26,598 nucleotides of DNA from positions 1 to 26,598 of IMG/VR virus record IMGVR_UViG_3300035135_001960; one strand, given 5' to 3'. This document shows positions 17,329-25,193 of the stretch, piece by piece. A program made the position numbers and the translations under genes. Source of the stretch: a virus. Its lineage: Duplodnaviria > Caudoviricetes. The notes under the pieces are model-generated. The model was not told the origin of the DNA and searched no databases. It saw only the letters and a program-made list of their open reading frames with translations. Position 1 is the stretch's first letter; each line of letters starts with the position of its first letter.

Positions 17329-18047
17329 TGTTATGGTGCTTCGGTTGTAGTTTTTCTGTTGGTTTAGATGCCCACTACACAGCATTATACAACGAGTATC
17401 CTGTTATAGAGAACAACTATCAAACAGCTCTTGCAGATAAATTAAAACAAGATTTAACGGTGCAGGCTCAGTTTGGAGTAGGCAATGATTGGATCTGGCG
17501 AAGATTTTCAAGTAATTTTGAAAACTATGCAAACGGCGATTATATAATTGTACAAACTACAAGCCTTAGCAGGTATTGGTTAACTGAAAAATACCCAGAA
17601 TGTAGTAATTTTATGATGTGTCCTGTTGAAAAAGATTGGTTCACCAAAGATGAACTAAAAGCAATAGAACTTCATAAGAGACATCTGTGGCACAATACTG
17701 TACTAGAATCAAACTATGATATGTTTGTGTGTGCATTGCTTTACATAGCAAACATGAGGCCTGACCTTAAGATATTATTCTTACCAGGATTTCACGATAT
17801 TGCAGGTGTGGGCGGAAGATTAAATGACATATGTATGGGCGAATTCACATCACAAGATGTTGCTGACAAATACTATGCAACAGGTGAGGCAGACTTCAGA
17901 ATAAACCATATGAGCGAAAAAAATCATCTTATTCTGGCTGATAAAATATATGAATTTTTTGAAAATGATCAAGCATTAGACTTGAAAACTGGCTTTGAAA
18001 CAGGCCTAATCACAGATAAAAATTACTTGACATATCCTAAATCTTAA
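17328..18047 (+). CDS. SGNH/GDSL-hydrolase-like protein
   Basis: Has an N-terminal LWCFGCSFS (GDS-like block I), AQFGVGND (block II-like) and a C-terminal NHMSEKNHLILADKIY (block V-like). Confidence 0.55.
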   Translation: MLWCFGCSFSVGLDAHYTALYNEYPVIENNYQTALADKLKQDLTVQAQFGVGNDWIWRRFSSNFENYANGDYIIVQTTSLSRYWLTEKYPECSNFMMCPVEKDWFTKDELKAIELHKRHLWHNTVLESNYDMFVCALLYIANMRPDLKILFLPGFHDIAGVGGRLNDICMGEFTSQDVADKYYATGEADFRINHMSEKNHLILADKIYEFFENDQALDLKTGFETGLITDKNYLTYPKS

Positions 18048-18055
18048 GCTATAAT
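18027..18055 (+). promoter_or_regulatory. Perfect sigma70 consensus promoter TTGACA-N17-TATAAT
   Basis: TTGACA at 18027-18032, a 17-nt spacer and TATAAT at 18050-18055. An AGGGG RBS and GTG 18086 follow. Confidence 0.9.
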
Positions 18056-18085
18056 ATACTAAAATATTAATTTTAGGGGTATATA

Positions 18086-18631
18086 GTGGCTACACACGGC
18101 ATGATAGATTTAGAAACATTAGGTGTTGAACCAGATAGTGTTATTATGACACTAGGTGCAATAAAGTTTGACCCATTCAATGATTCAGAACCCCATAGTC
18201 CTCTTTATCTTAGAGGTGATGTAGAAGAGCAGACTGAATTTCCTTATGAACGAAGTATAGACGACAACACTCTTGCATGGTGGAGTAAACAACCACAAGC
18301 GATACAAGACGAAGCATTCGGTGATGAACACAAAAGAGTAAGTGTACAAGAAATGTTACGTCAACTTAACAAATGGTGTGTTGGACTAGACTATATTTGG
18401 TGTCAAGGTCCAACATTTGATTTTGTTATACTACAGCATTTGTATAAACAGGCAGAAAAACCTGCACCTTGGAACTATTGGCAAATTAGAGATAGTAGAA
18501 CATTATTTGCAATGATGCCAAGCGATCCTCGCAAGGCAATACAGGAAAGTTTGCATAACGCACTAGCAGACTGTTACTATCAAGCAAAGTGTGTACAACA
18601 ATCATATAAACACTTTGGAGTAACTAAATGA
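18086..18631 (+). CDS. DEDDh 3'-5' exonuclease (Rv2179c/DUF5051-like)
   Basis: ExoI motif MIDLETLG, ExoII motif GPTFDFVIL and ExoIII motif HNALADC, plus WQIRDSRT. Confidence 0.85.
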   Translation: MATHGMIDLETLGVEPDSVIMTLGAIKFDPFNDSEPHSPLYLRGDVEEQTEFPYERSIDDNTLAWWSKQPQAIQDEAFGDEHKRVSVQEMLRQLNKWCVGLDYIWCQGPTFDFVILQHLYKQAEKPAPWNYWQIRDSRTLFAMMPSDPRKAIQESLHNALADCYYQAKCVQQSYKHFGVTK

Positions 18632-18789
18632 TTAGATGGTATGATATTCCTGCGGCATTAGTATTTGCGTATTTTATGATGCTAAATTTTTTTACAGTTC
18701 CTGGTTTTGGTGCATTATTGGCTTATGTTGTTTATGAAGTTTGGGTGAATTGGTATTGTAAGTTAAGATTACAACAGGAGAATACATGA
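18628..18789 (+). CDS. Small membrane protein (53 aa), not in ORF track
   Basis: MIRWYDIPAALVFAYFMMLNFFTVPGFGALLAYVVYEVWVNWYCKLRLQQENT. It has a GGAG RBS and ATGA overlaps at both ends. Confidence 0.75.
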   Translation: MIRWYDIPAALVFAYFMMLNFFTVPGFGALLAYVVYEVWVNWYCKLRLQQENT

Positions 18790-19112
18790 GTATAGAACCA
18801 ATTCAAGAAAAACTAGATGATAAGATTAAAAAACTTAACTCCAGTCGTGTATATAAAGCGGTAACTCCTAAAGGAGATTTATCTTGGTATATAAAATGGA
18901 TAGCCAGTGCTTTTATACTTGTCGCAGTAATGTGTAGAAGTGTAGACGAAGTTCCGAAAATTTATGATGTTGTATTAAGTTTTGTAGGAACAATTGGTTG
19001 GGCTTGGGTTGGTTATTTATGGCATGATAGAGCTTTGCTCTTGCTCAATGCTGTTTTATGTGTTATACTAGGTACTAGTATGTTAAGATATTTTGCAGGA
19101 GGTATGTTTTGA
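18786..19112 (+). CDS. Small multi-pass membrane protein (DUF6552-like)
   Basis: 108 aa with three hydrophobic segments: SWYIKWIASAFIL...GWAWVGYLWHDRALLLLN. AGGAG RBS. Confidence 0.65.
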   Translation: MSIEPIQEKLDDKIKKLNSSRVYKAVTPKGDLSWYIKWIASAFILVAVMCRSVDEVPKIYDVVLSFVGTIGWAWVGYLWHDRALLLLNAVLCVILGTSMLRYFAGGMF

Positions 19113-20023
19113 AGGAACTTTGGGTAGAAAAATATAGACCGAAGACAGTAGATGGTTATGTGTTTCGCGATGAAGCACAAAAGACACAGGTAAAAACGTG
19201 GATAAAAGACAAAACAATTCCACACTTGCTTTTTTCAGGCAATGCTGGAATAGGAAAAACAACGTTGGCAAAATTGTTGTTCAACGAGTTAGACGTCAAC
19301 GATTTAGACGTACTAGAAATTAACGCATCTCGGACAAATAGTGTAGACGATGTTCGAGATAAAATTGTAAACTTTGTACAAATGATCCCATTTGGGGACT
19401 TTAAGGTTGTATTACTAGATGAGGCAGATTACTTATCTCCAAACGCACAGGCCGCACTACGTGGTGTTATGGAAGAATATCATACAACGGCCCGTTTTAT
19501 ACTTACTTGTAACTATCCTAACAGAATTATTCCAGCTATTCACAGCAGGTGCCAAGGCTTCCATATTGCCAAAATTGATCAGACAGAGTTTACTGCTCGT
19601 GTCGCTGAAATTCTTATCACTGAAAGCGTCACTCCTGATCTTGATGTACTAGATACATATGTAAAGGCAACTTATCCAGACTTGCGTAAGTGTATCAATA
19701 TGGTACAGATGAATTCATCAGACGGACAATTACTTGCACCACACGAAGGTGATACAGGAGAAAGTGATTGGAAGTTAGATATGGTCGAACTTTTCAAGGC
19801 TGGTAAAATACAAGAAGCACGTAAGTTACTGTGTGGTACTATTCGTCCAGAAGAAATGGAAGAAGTTTATCGTTGGTTATATGACAACATTGAATTGTTC
19901 GGAAATGAAGAACAACAAGATCAAGCAGTGCTAATTATTAAGCAAGGATTGGTTGATCATACACTTGTTGTTGATCCTGAAATTAACTTAGCGGCAACGC
20001 TGATTAGATTAGCGAGGTTATAG
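19109..20023 (+). CDS. Clamp loader AAA+ subunit (RFC small subunit / T4 gp44-like)
   Basis: RFC box LWVEKYRP, Walker [15 protein letters not shown], Walker [20 protein letters not shown] motif (IHSRC) and DLRKCIN. AGGAGG RBS with a TTG start. Confidence 0.92.
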   Translation: MKELWVEKYRPKTVDGYVFRDEAQKTQVKTWIKDKTIPHLLFSGNAGIGKTTLAKLLFNELDVNDLDVLEINASRTNSVDDVRDKIVNFVQMIPFGDFKVVLLDEADYLSPNAQAALRGVMEEYHTTARFILTCNYPNRIIPAIHSRCQGFHIAKIDQTEFTARVAEILITESVTPDLDVLDTYVKATYPDLRKCINMVQMNSSDGQLLAPHEGDTGESDWKLDMVELFKAGKIQEARKLLCGTIRPEEMEEVYRWLYDNIELFGNEEQQDQAVLIIKQGLVDHTLVVDPEINLAATLIRLARL

Positions 20024-20376
20024 TGACATATCTAGTTACAGATAATTGTATAAAATGTAAGCATATGGATTGTGTAGAAGTATGCCCTGTTGATTGTTTT
20101 TACGAAGGTGAAAACATGTTAGTAATTAACCCTGATGAATGTATTGACTGCGGGGTGTGTGAACCTGAATGCCCTGCTGACGCAATACTACCTGACAGTG
20201 CATTAGGTGATGAACGTGATAAATGGCATGATATAAATTTAAAGTACAGTTTACAGTGGCCATTAATTACAACCGTAAGGATAGAAGATGTGCCATCAGA
20301 CGCAGACGAATGGAATGGTGTACCTAACAAGTTCGAAGAACACTTTTCTTCTAATCCTGGAAAAGGTGATGAATGA
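20023..20376 (+). CDS. fdxA: 7Fe/8Fe dicluster ferredoxin (FdxA/FdI type)
   Basis: [55 protein letters not shown] closely matches proteobacterial FdxA N-termini. Confidence 0.92.
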   Translation: MTYLVTDNCIKCKHMDCVEVCPVDCFYEGENMLVINPDECIDCGVCEPECPADAILPDSALGDERDKWHDINLKYSLQWPLITTVRIEDVPSDADEWNGVPNKFEEHFSSNPGKGDE

Positions 20377-20978
20377 CATATGTGGCAAACTTTCCTAACT
20401 GTGGATATGTTGGGCATGAATACAATGTCCAAGACCTTATTCCAATACGTCAAGAAATAAAAGATATACAAAACAATTGGTCAACAAAAGAACAAACTGA
20501 TCATACATTTACCAGTACAGTAAAAAAAGAATATAAAATACAAGACAGTTTAGAGCATTTAGAGAAACTCGTCTGTCCACTTGTTGGTTTGTATTACGAA
20601 AACTTTCACATAGATCAAGCGGAAGGAAAACCTTACTTGCATAGTGCGTGGGTTAACTTCCAAGAAAAAGGAGAGTTTTTTGCACCTCACACACATGTAG
20701 GAGAATTTAGTTTTGCTCTTTATTTACAAGTTCCTTTTACATATGAACAAGAAAGAAAATATCATAGTACAAAAGACAAAAAAATAGATACTGCATCAGG
20801 TTTTGTTTTTTACTATACCGATATTCTTGGTAACATTATACCTAGTTATTTGCCTGTTGATAAAACTTGGGAAAACAAAATTATATTTTTTCCAGGACAA
20901 CTGTTACATTCTGTACAACCGTTTTTTACTTCTGATGATTATAGAATTACGATTTCAGGAAATGTGAGGTTTAAATGA
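20373..20978 (+). CDS. Putative 2OG-Fe(II) oxygenase (phage HxH type)
   Basis: [17 protein letters not shown]...SFALYL...[15 protein letters not shown]...RITISGN gives a double-stranded beta-helix pattern with HxH...H...RxxxS. Confidence 0.75.
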   Translation: MTYVANFPNCGYVGHEYNVQDLIPIRQEIKDIQNNWSTKEQTDHTFTSTVKKEYKIQDSLEHLEKLVCPLVGLYYENFHIDQAEGKPYLHSAWVNFQEKGEFFAPHTHVGEFSFALYLQVPFTYEQERKYHSTKDKKIDTASGFVFYYTDILGNIIPSYLPVDKTWENKIIFFPGQLLHSVQPFFTSDDYRITISGNVRFK

Positions 20979-21067
20979 TTTGGATTATATTAGAAACAGT
21001 GCTATGGATGATTGCTATGTACACCATTCCAGTAGGCTTATTAATTATGTGGAATAATGAAAAATGA
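20975..21067 (+). CDS. Single-TM microprotein (30 aa), not in ORF track
   Basis: [30 protein letters not shown]. It has a GAGG RBS and ATGA overlaps with both neighbours. Confidence 0.65.
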   Translation: MIWIILETVLWMIAMYTIPVGLLIMWNNEK

Positions 21068-21558
21068 TAAAAGCTATATTAGCATGTGATGATGAAGGCG
21101 GTGTGAGTAAAGACGGAACGTTACCGTGGCCTCACAACTCAAAAGATTTACAATGGTTTAAGGACAATACAGCAGGACATGTTGTTGTAATGGGATCTAC
21201 TACTTGGGAAGATCCTCATATGCCAAGGCCGTTACCTAGACGTACAAATGTACTAGTAACTACACGCAAAGAAGATTATCCAGGAGCAGATGGATATATC
21301 AGTGGCGACTTAAATATAGAACTAAAAGAGCTTGAAGCAACTTGTCCTGGAATTATTATTTGGAATATAGGAGGTCCAAATATAATTGAACAATCTCTAG
21401 GAGTAATTGACGAATTTTATATAAGTCGGATACCAGGAACATACGACTGCGACACATTCCTTCCACTAAAGAAAATTGAATCATTATTTGAATTAGATTT
21501 TGAAGAAGCACATGATAAAGTAACATTTCAAATTTGGAAAAAAAGGAAATACCTGTGA
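21064..21558 (+). CDS. folA: Dihydrofolate reductase
   Basis: Motifs include ILACDDEGGVSKDGTLPWP..DLQWFK..T.GHVVVMGSTTWE, RPLPRRTNVLVT, IGGPNI and CDTFLP. Confidence 0.93.
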   Translation: MIKAILACDDEGGVSKDGTLPWPHNSKDLQWFKDNTAGHVVVMGSTTWEDPHMPRPLPRRTNVLVTTRKEDYPGADGYISGDLNIELKELEATCPGIIIWNIGGPNIIEQSLGVIDEFYISRIPGTYDCDTFLPLKKIESLFELDFEEAHDKVTFQIWKKRKYL

Positions 21559-22409
21559 AACAATATCTAGAAGCACTAAATTACATACTAGAAAACGGTA
21601 AGGACCGCGATGACAGAACTGGCGTAGGAACCAGAGGTGTGTTTGGTTATCAAATGCGTTTCGATTTAAGAGAAACATTTCCAGCAGTAACTACAAAAAA
21701 ACTTGCTTGGAAAAGTGTAGTAAGTGAACTGTTGTGGTTTTTAGAAGGTTCGTCTGATGAACGTAGACTTGCAGAAATACATTACGGTAAACCCCGTGAA
21801 GAACTTGTAGGAAAAACAACGATCTGGACAGCAAACGCTGACAAGCAAGGTAAGGCACTAGGTTATGCAGACGGCGAGCTAGGACCTGTCTATGGTGTCC
21901 AATGGCGTAATTGGAACGCTAGAGGTCATCATGTAGATCAAATAGTTAATATTATTAAACAAATTTATGAAGATCCGTTGAGTCGTAGGCACATAGTAAG
22001 TGCTTGGAATGCAGGAGAAGTAGATCGTATGGCACTTCCTCCTTGTCATACAATGTTTCAATTTCATGTACAAGACAATGAATTAAGTTGTCAACTTTAT
22101 CAACGTTCTGCAGATATGTTTTTAGGTGTACCATTTAACATTGCAAGTTATAGTTTACTAACACATATTGTTGCAAAATTATTAAATTTAAAGGTTGGTG
22201 ATTTTGTTTGGACAGGCGGAGATTGTCATATCTATCTTAATCATTTAGATCAAGTAAAAGAGCAAATAAGTAGACAGCCTAGAAAAGGTCCTACTCTTTG
22301 GATGCCAGAATTTATGACTCTAGCAGAGGTAAACGAAGCAAAACCAGATATGTTTAAGTTAATGAATTATGATCCAATGGAAAGTATAAAAGCACCCATG
22401 GCTGTATGA
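21555..22409 (+). CDS. thyA: Thymidylate synthase (T4 td-like)
   Basis: Motifs include DDRTGVGT, ELLWFL, LGPVYGVQWR, SRRHIVSAWN, MALPPCH and YQRSADMFLGVPFNIASY. The start is probably GTG 21555 (GTGA overlap with the folA stop, AGGA RBS) rather than 21534. Confidence 0.95.
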   Translation: MKQYLEALNYILENGKDRDDRTGVGTRGVFGYQMRFDLRETFPAVTTKKLAWKSVVSELLWFLEGSSDERRLAEIHYGKPREELVGKTTIWTANADKQGKALGYADGELGPVYGVQWRNWNARGHHVDQIVNIIKQIYEDPLSRRHIVSAWNAGEVDRMALPPCHTMFQFHVQDNELSCQLYQRSADMFLGVPFNIASYSLLTHIVAKLLNLKVGDFVWTGGDCHIYLNHLDQVKEQISRQPRKGPTLWMPEFMTLAEVNEAKPDMFKLMNYDPMESIKAPMAV

Positions 22410-23527
22410 TAAAAGAATTATATAATATTTGGAATATAAAAGATGAACATATATCAGGAGATAAATTTACTGGTTATGAATCTGTGTATGACCAATTAGA
22501 CATTACAAAAGAAGATTATGAAAAAGATCCAGAAGGAATTATTGATAGGGTTTTCACCATTTATCGTAGTATTAATCTTGTACCTATCGTATATTACACC
22601 GAACAAGGACTCATCACAGCAATTAAAGAGTTTGGAACCAAGTCATATACAGGTGTTAGAGCTGGAGCCATTGGACTCGGTAATAACGCAGGACAAACCA
22701 TAAATAGATTTTTGTTTCCTAATATGATGACAGCTGAGCCAAAAGGTCGAGGCTCAAATAGTTTAAAGGATAGATTTTACAATGACGCTAAACTTCGTCG
22801 TGCAATCAGAATATGCTTTGAGTTTCGTGATGGTAATAATCTTGTACATCCTACTGCGATGCGTAGGGCACTTGAACTTGTTACGGGTGAGAACGTTACA
22901 AATTTCAAAGCACAAAACGCCAAAGCAATAGTAGAACACCTTTGTCCTGTGCTATGGGGCAACATATATGATTATAGTGCAGGATACGGTGGAAGATTAT
23001 TAGGAATAACCTCCAGTAATATGCGTTACAATTATGTAGGAATTGATCCTAACACAGAAACAATAAAATACTTAAATTATTTACAACAACTTATAGAAGA
23101 ATCTATAGGGATTACTAGCGAAATCTTTTGTTCAACAAGTGAAGAATATGAACCTGAGAATATAGATTTGGCATTTAGTAGTCCACCTTATTTTAACTTG
23201 GAGAAATATTCAGATGAAGATACGCAATGCATGGTTAGGTATAAAACGTTGGATGATTGGTTTGATGGCTACGTTACTCCGACCATTAAACAAATATTTA
23301 ACGGACTCAATAGAGAAGGACTTTTCGCTACTAACATCGCAGACTACAAAACCTACGGGAACAAAGAATTTAAAGTGGTCGAGACATGGAAAGAAGTATC
23401 TAAAAGAATAGGCTTTGAACATGTTGGTACAATAAAAATGATGCTTAACACACGACCGGGTGTAGGCAACGACAAAACACAAGGGAGGGAAAAATATGAA
23501 GGTGTTTATGTTTTTCGTAAAAAATGA
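22406..23527 (+). CDS. SAM-dependent DNA amino-methyltransferase (N4-C or N6-A)
   Basis: Motif I YDYSAGYGGRLLG, then YVGIDPN, then motif IV DLAFSSPPYFNLEKY. Confidence 0.8.
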   Translation: MIKELYNIWNIKDEHISGDKFTGYESVYDQLDITKEDYEKDPEGIIDRVFTIYRSINLVPIVYYTEQGLITAIKEFGTKSYTGVRAGAIGLGNNAGQTINRFLFPNMMTAEPKGRGSNSLKDRFYNDAKLRRAIRICFEFRDGNNLVHPTAMRRALELVTGENVTNFKAQNAKAIVEHLCPVLWGNIYDYSAGYGGRLLGITSSNMRYNYVGIDPNTETIKYLNYLQQLIEESIGITSEIFCSTSEEYEPENIDLAFSSPPYFNLEKYSDEDTQCMVRYKTLDDWFDGYVTPTIKQIFNGLNREGLFATNIADYKTYGNKEFKVVETWKEVSKRIGFEHVGTIKMMLNTRPGVGNDKTQGREKYEGVYVFRKK

Positions 23528-23763
23528 AGCCAACTAGCGTACACTATGGTTCACCTAAAGAAACTACTACTGAAAAATTTGCTTGGTGGCCAGTAAGGAG
23601 TAGTTTCAGTAAGAAACGTATCTGGTTTAAAAAATATGTAGAGTTAGAAAGTTACTATGATGGTGAATGGTCACATCCAATTAGATCTAACACCTTTAAA
23701 TTTATATATTCAGAAAAAGAGTATATTTTATATTTGTTAAGGAAAAATGAGGCACTGCATTAA
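23524..23763 (+). CDS. Hypothetical protein (79 aa, Trp/basic rich)
   Basis: ATGA overlap with the MTase stop; contains KFAWWPVRSSFSKKRIWFKKY. Confidence 0.6.
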   Translation: MKPTSVHYGSPKETTTEKFAWWPVRSSFSKKRIWFKKYVELESYYDGEWSHPIRSNTFKFIYSEKEYILYLLRKNEALH

Positions 23764-23770
23764 CAGTGCC
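23751..23770. terminator. Probable bidirectional intrinsic terminator between convergent genes
   Basis: A GGCACTG-cattaa-CAGTGCC 7-bp stem, with an A-run on the left (U-tract for the minus strand) and CCTTT on the right. Confidence 0.65.
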
Positions 23771-23778
23771 CCTTTAAG

Positions 23779-24498
23779 TTAAGCATCTCCGTATACTTGA
23801 AGCACTTCCTTTACGGCCTCGTGGCGTTCAATATCTCCTTGTGCAAAATGGACTACATCCAATCTTTCTGTCTGTTTTGATTCTAACAGTTTTGTAAAAT
23901 CTATTAAACCGTTATCTTTGAGCCTATCAGCTTGTGCTAAGTCGCCTGTAACAGCCATCATTGATCCTTCTCCTAAACGTGTTAGTAGCATCTTCATTTG
24001 GTTTGCCGTTGCGTTTTGCATTTCATCTGCAAGTATAAAAGAATGTTTAAATGTTCGCCCTCTCATATAAGCTAGTGGAGCGATTTCTATTATGCCTTCT
24101 TCTATCATGCCTTCTATTTGTCTAGCATCAAAATACTCGCGTAAAACATCAAAAATAGGTCTTGTCCAAGGAGCCATTTTTTGTTCTAATGTTCCTGGTA
24201 AAAATCCTAAATCCTCGTCAACCGATACAGCGGGTCTTGTAACGATTATTTTGTCTATTTTTCCTTCCTTAAATAGTTTCACCGCTACTTGTACTGCAAG
24301 TAATGTTTTACCCGTACCTGCTGGTCCAATACCAAAAACTATATCTTTAGTATCGTCTAGTAGTTTGAGTACATATGTCTCTTGGTTTCTATTTCTGGGA
24401 ATTATTGTGACTTGTTGTTTTTTTTGAAATGGTTTAAAATCCACTACGTTTGCGTAGTTTTTTGTTTGCTGACGTGCAGCCTTACGTTTTGCACCCAT
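23779..24498 (-). CDS. phoH: PhoH-like ATPase
   Basis: Walker A GPAGTGKT, plus IIVTRPAV, LGFLPG, APLAYMRGRTF, ADEMQN and VTGDLAQAD. AAAGGAGG RBS. Confidence 0.95.
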   Translation of the reverse strand: MGAKRKAARQQTKNYANVVDFKPFQKKQQVTIIPRNRNQETYVLKLLDDTKDIVFGIGPAGTGKTLLAVQVAVKLFKEGKIDKIIVTRPAVSVDEDLGFLPGTLEQKMAPWTRPIFDVLREYFDARQIEGMIEEGIIEIAPLAYMRGRTFKHSFILADEMQNATANQMKMLLTRLGEGSMMAVTGDLAQADRLKDNGLIDFTKLLESKQTERLDVVHFAQGDIERHEAVKEVLQVYGDA

Positions 24499-24524
24499 TA
24501 AGCATCCTCCTTTGAGTGAATGGA

Positions 24525-24556
24525 GTAGGGTATTTGCGTAGAACGCATTGCCCTAC
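24525..24556 (-). promoter_or_regulatory. Stem-loop in phoH 5' leader
   Basis: The minus-strand RNA GUAGGG-CAA-UGCGU-UCU-ACGCA-AAUA-CCCUAC forms 6-bp and 5-bp helices with an internal loop. Confidence 0.55.
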
Positions 24557-24561
24557 AAAAG

Positions 24562-24569
24562 TATTTACC
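24562..24569 (-). promoter_or_regulatory. Putative late-type promoter for phoH (GGTAAATA)
   Basis: TAAATA core on the minus strand immediately 5' of the leader hairpin. Confidence 0.4.
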
Positions 24570-24612
24570 ACAGAGGTTTAACCAAAAAAACTATTTGTTA
24601 TCTGTTTAGATA

Positions 24613-24621
24613 CGATAAATA
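24613..24621 (+). promoter_or_regulatory. Putative late promoter (CGATAAATA)
   Basis: Intergenic and identical to the copies at 9283 and 11893. Confidence 0.7.
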
Positions 24622-24647
24622 AGTATGCAGCACAATTGGAAGATTAC

Positions 24648-25193
24648 ATGGAAGACACATACGACTTAGTAAAAAACATTGAACGCATTTATGATAGCAA
24701 CACAGCATTTCAAGTATTAAAGGACTTTGAAAGAGTTTTAGATGAACTTGATATGTATGTTTATAAAAATTGGTCTGACGGAGAACTCTTAGCAGGTCCC
24801 GATATTGATAGACACTGGATTACATGTAAATTTATGTGGGATCGTGCAAATATGCCTGATCCTATGGGTGCTAAAAGATTAACAGAATACGATTGTAAGA
24901 TAGGCTATAAAAAAGATTATGTTATTGTACCAAGAAAAATTAAAGTACCTGGTGATATTAGACCTGGTACTAAAAAAGGTAAATTAGATAAAAAGCCTAT
25001 TTGGATAGTAGAAATAGAAATGCCTAAGAAATTGATAGCTGACATATACACAAGTTATGCAGAAAACAAAGGACTTAATTCAGATCCAGCAACTGTACAA
25101 AATGCTCCACCATTAGAAACACAACAGGCAGATGAATTAGATAATGCTACAGATCTTACACCAGATGAACAAAACGAATTAGGAATAGTATAA
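24648..25193 (+). CDS. Hypothetical phage protein
   Basis: ORF 24636..25193; ATG 24648 is the preferred start (GGAAG upstream). The core is DFERVLDELDMYVYKNW..GEL..GP...RHW...FMW....PDPMGAKRL, followed by an acidic tail. Confidence 0.75.
   Translation: MEDTYDLVKNIERIYDSNTAFQVLKDFERVLDELDMYVYKNWSDGELLAGPDIDRHWITCKFMWDRANMPDPMGAKRLTEYDCKIGYKKDYVIVPRKIKVPGDIRPGTKKGKLDKKPIWIVEIEMPKKLIADIYTSYAENKGLNSDPATVQNAPPLETQQADELDNATDLTPDEQNELGIV

Noticed and set aside
21555-22409. ThyA as a dCMP/dUMP hydroxymethylase for hypermodified DNA, or intron-containing td
   Set aside because: It has canonical thymidylate synthase motifs including the dUMP-specific Asn, is adjacent to DHFR, and the ORF is uninterrupted.
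24092-24427. 111-aa plus-strand ORF
   Set aside because: Antisense shadow of phoH.
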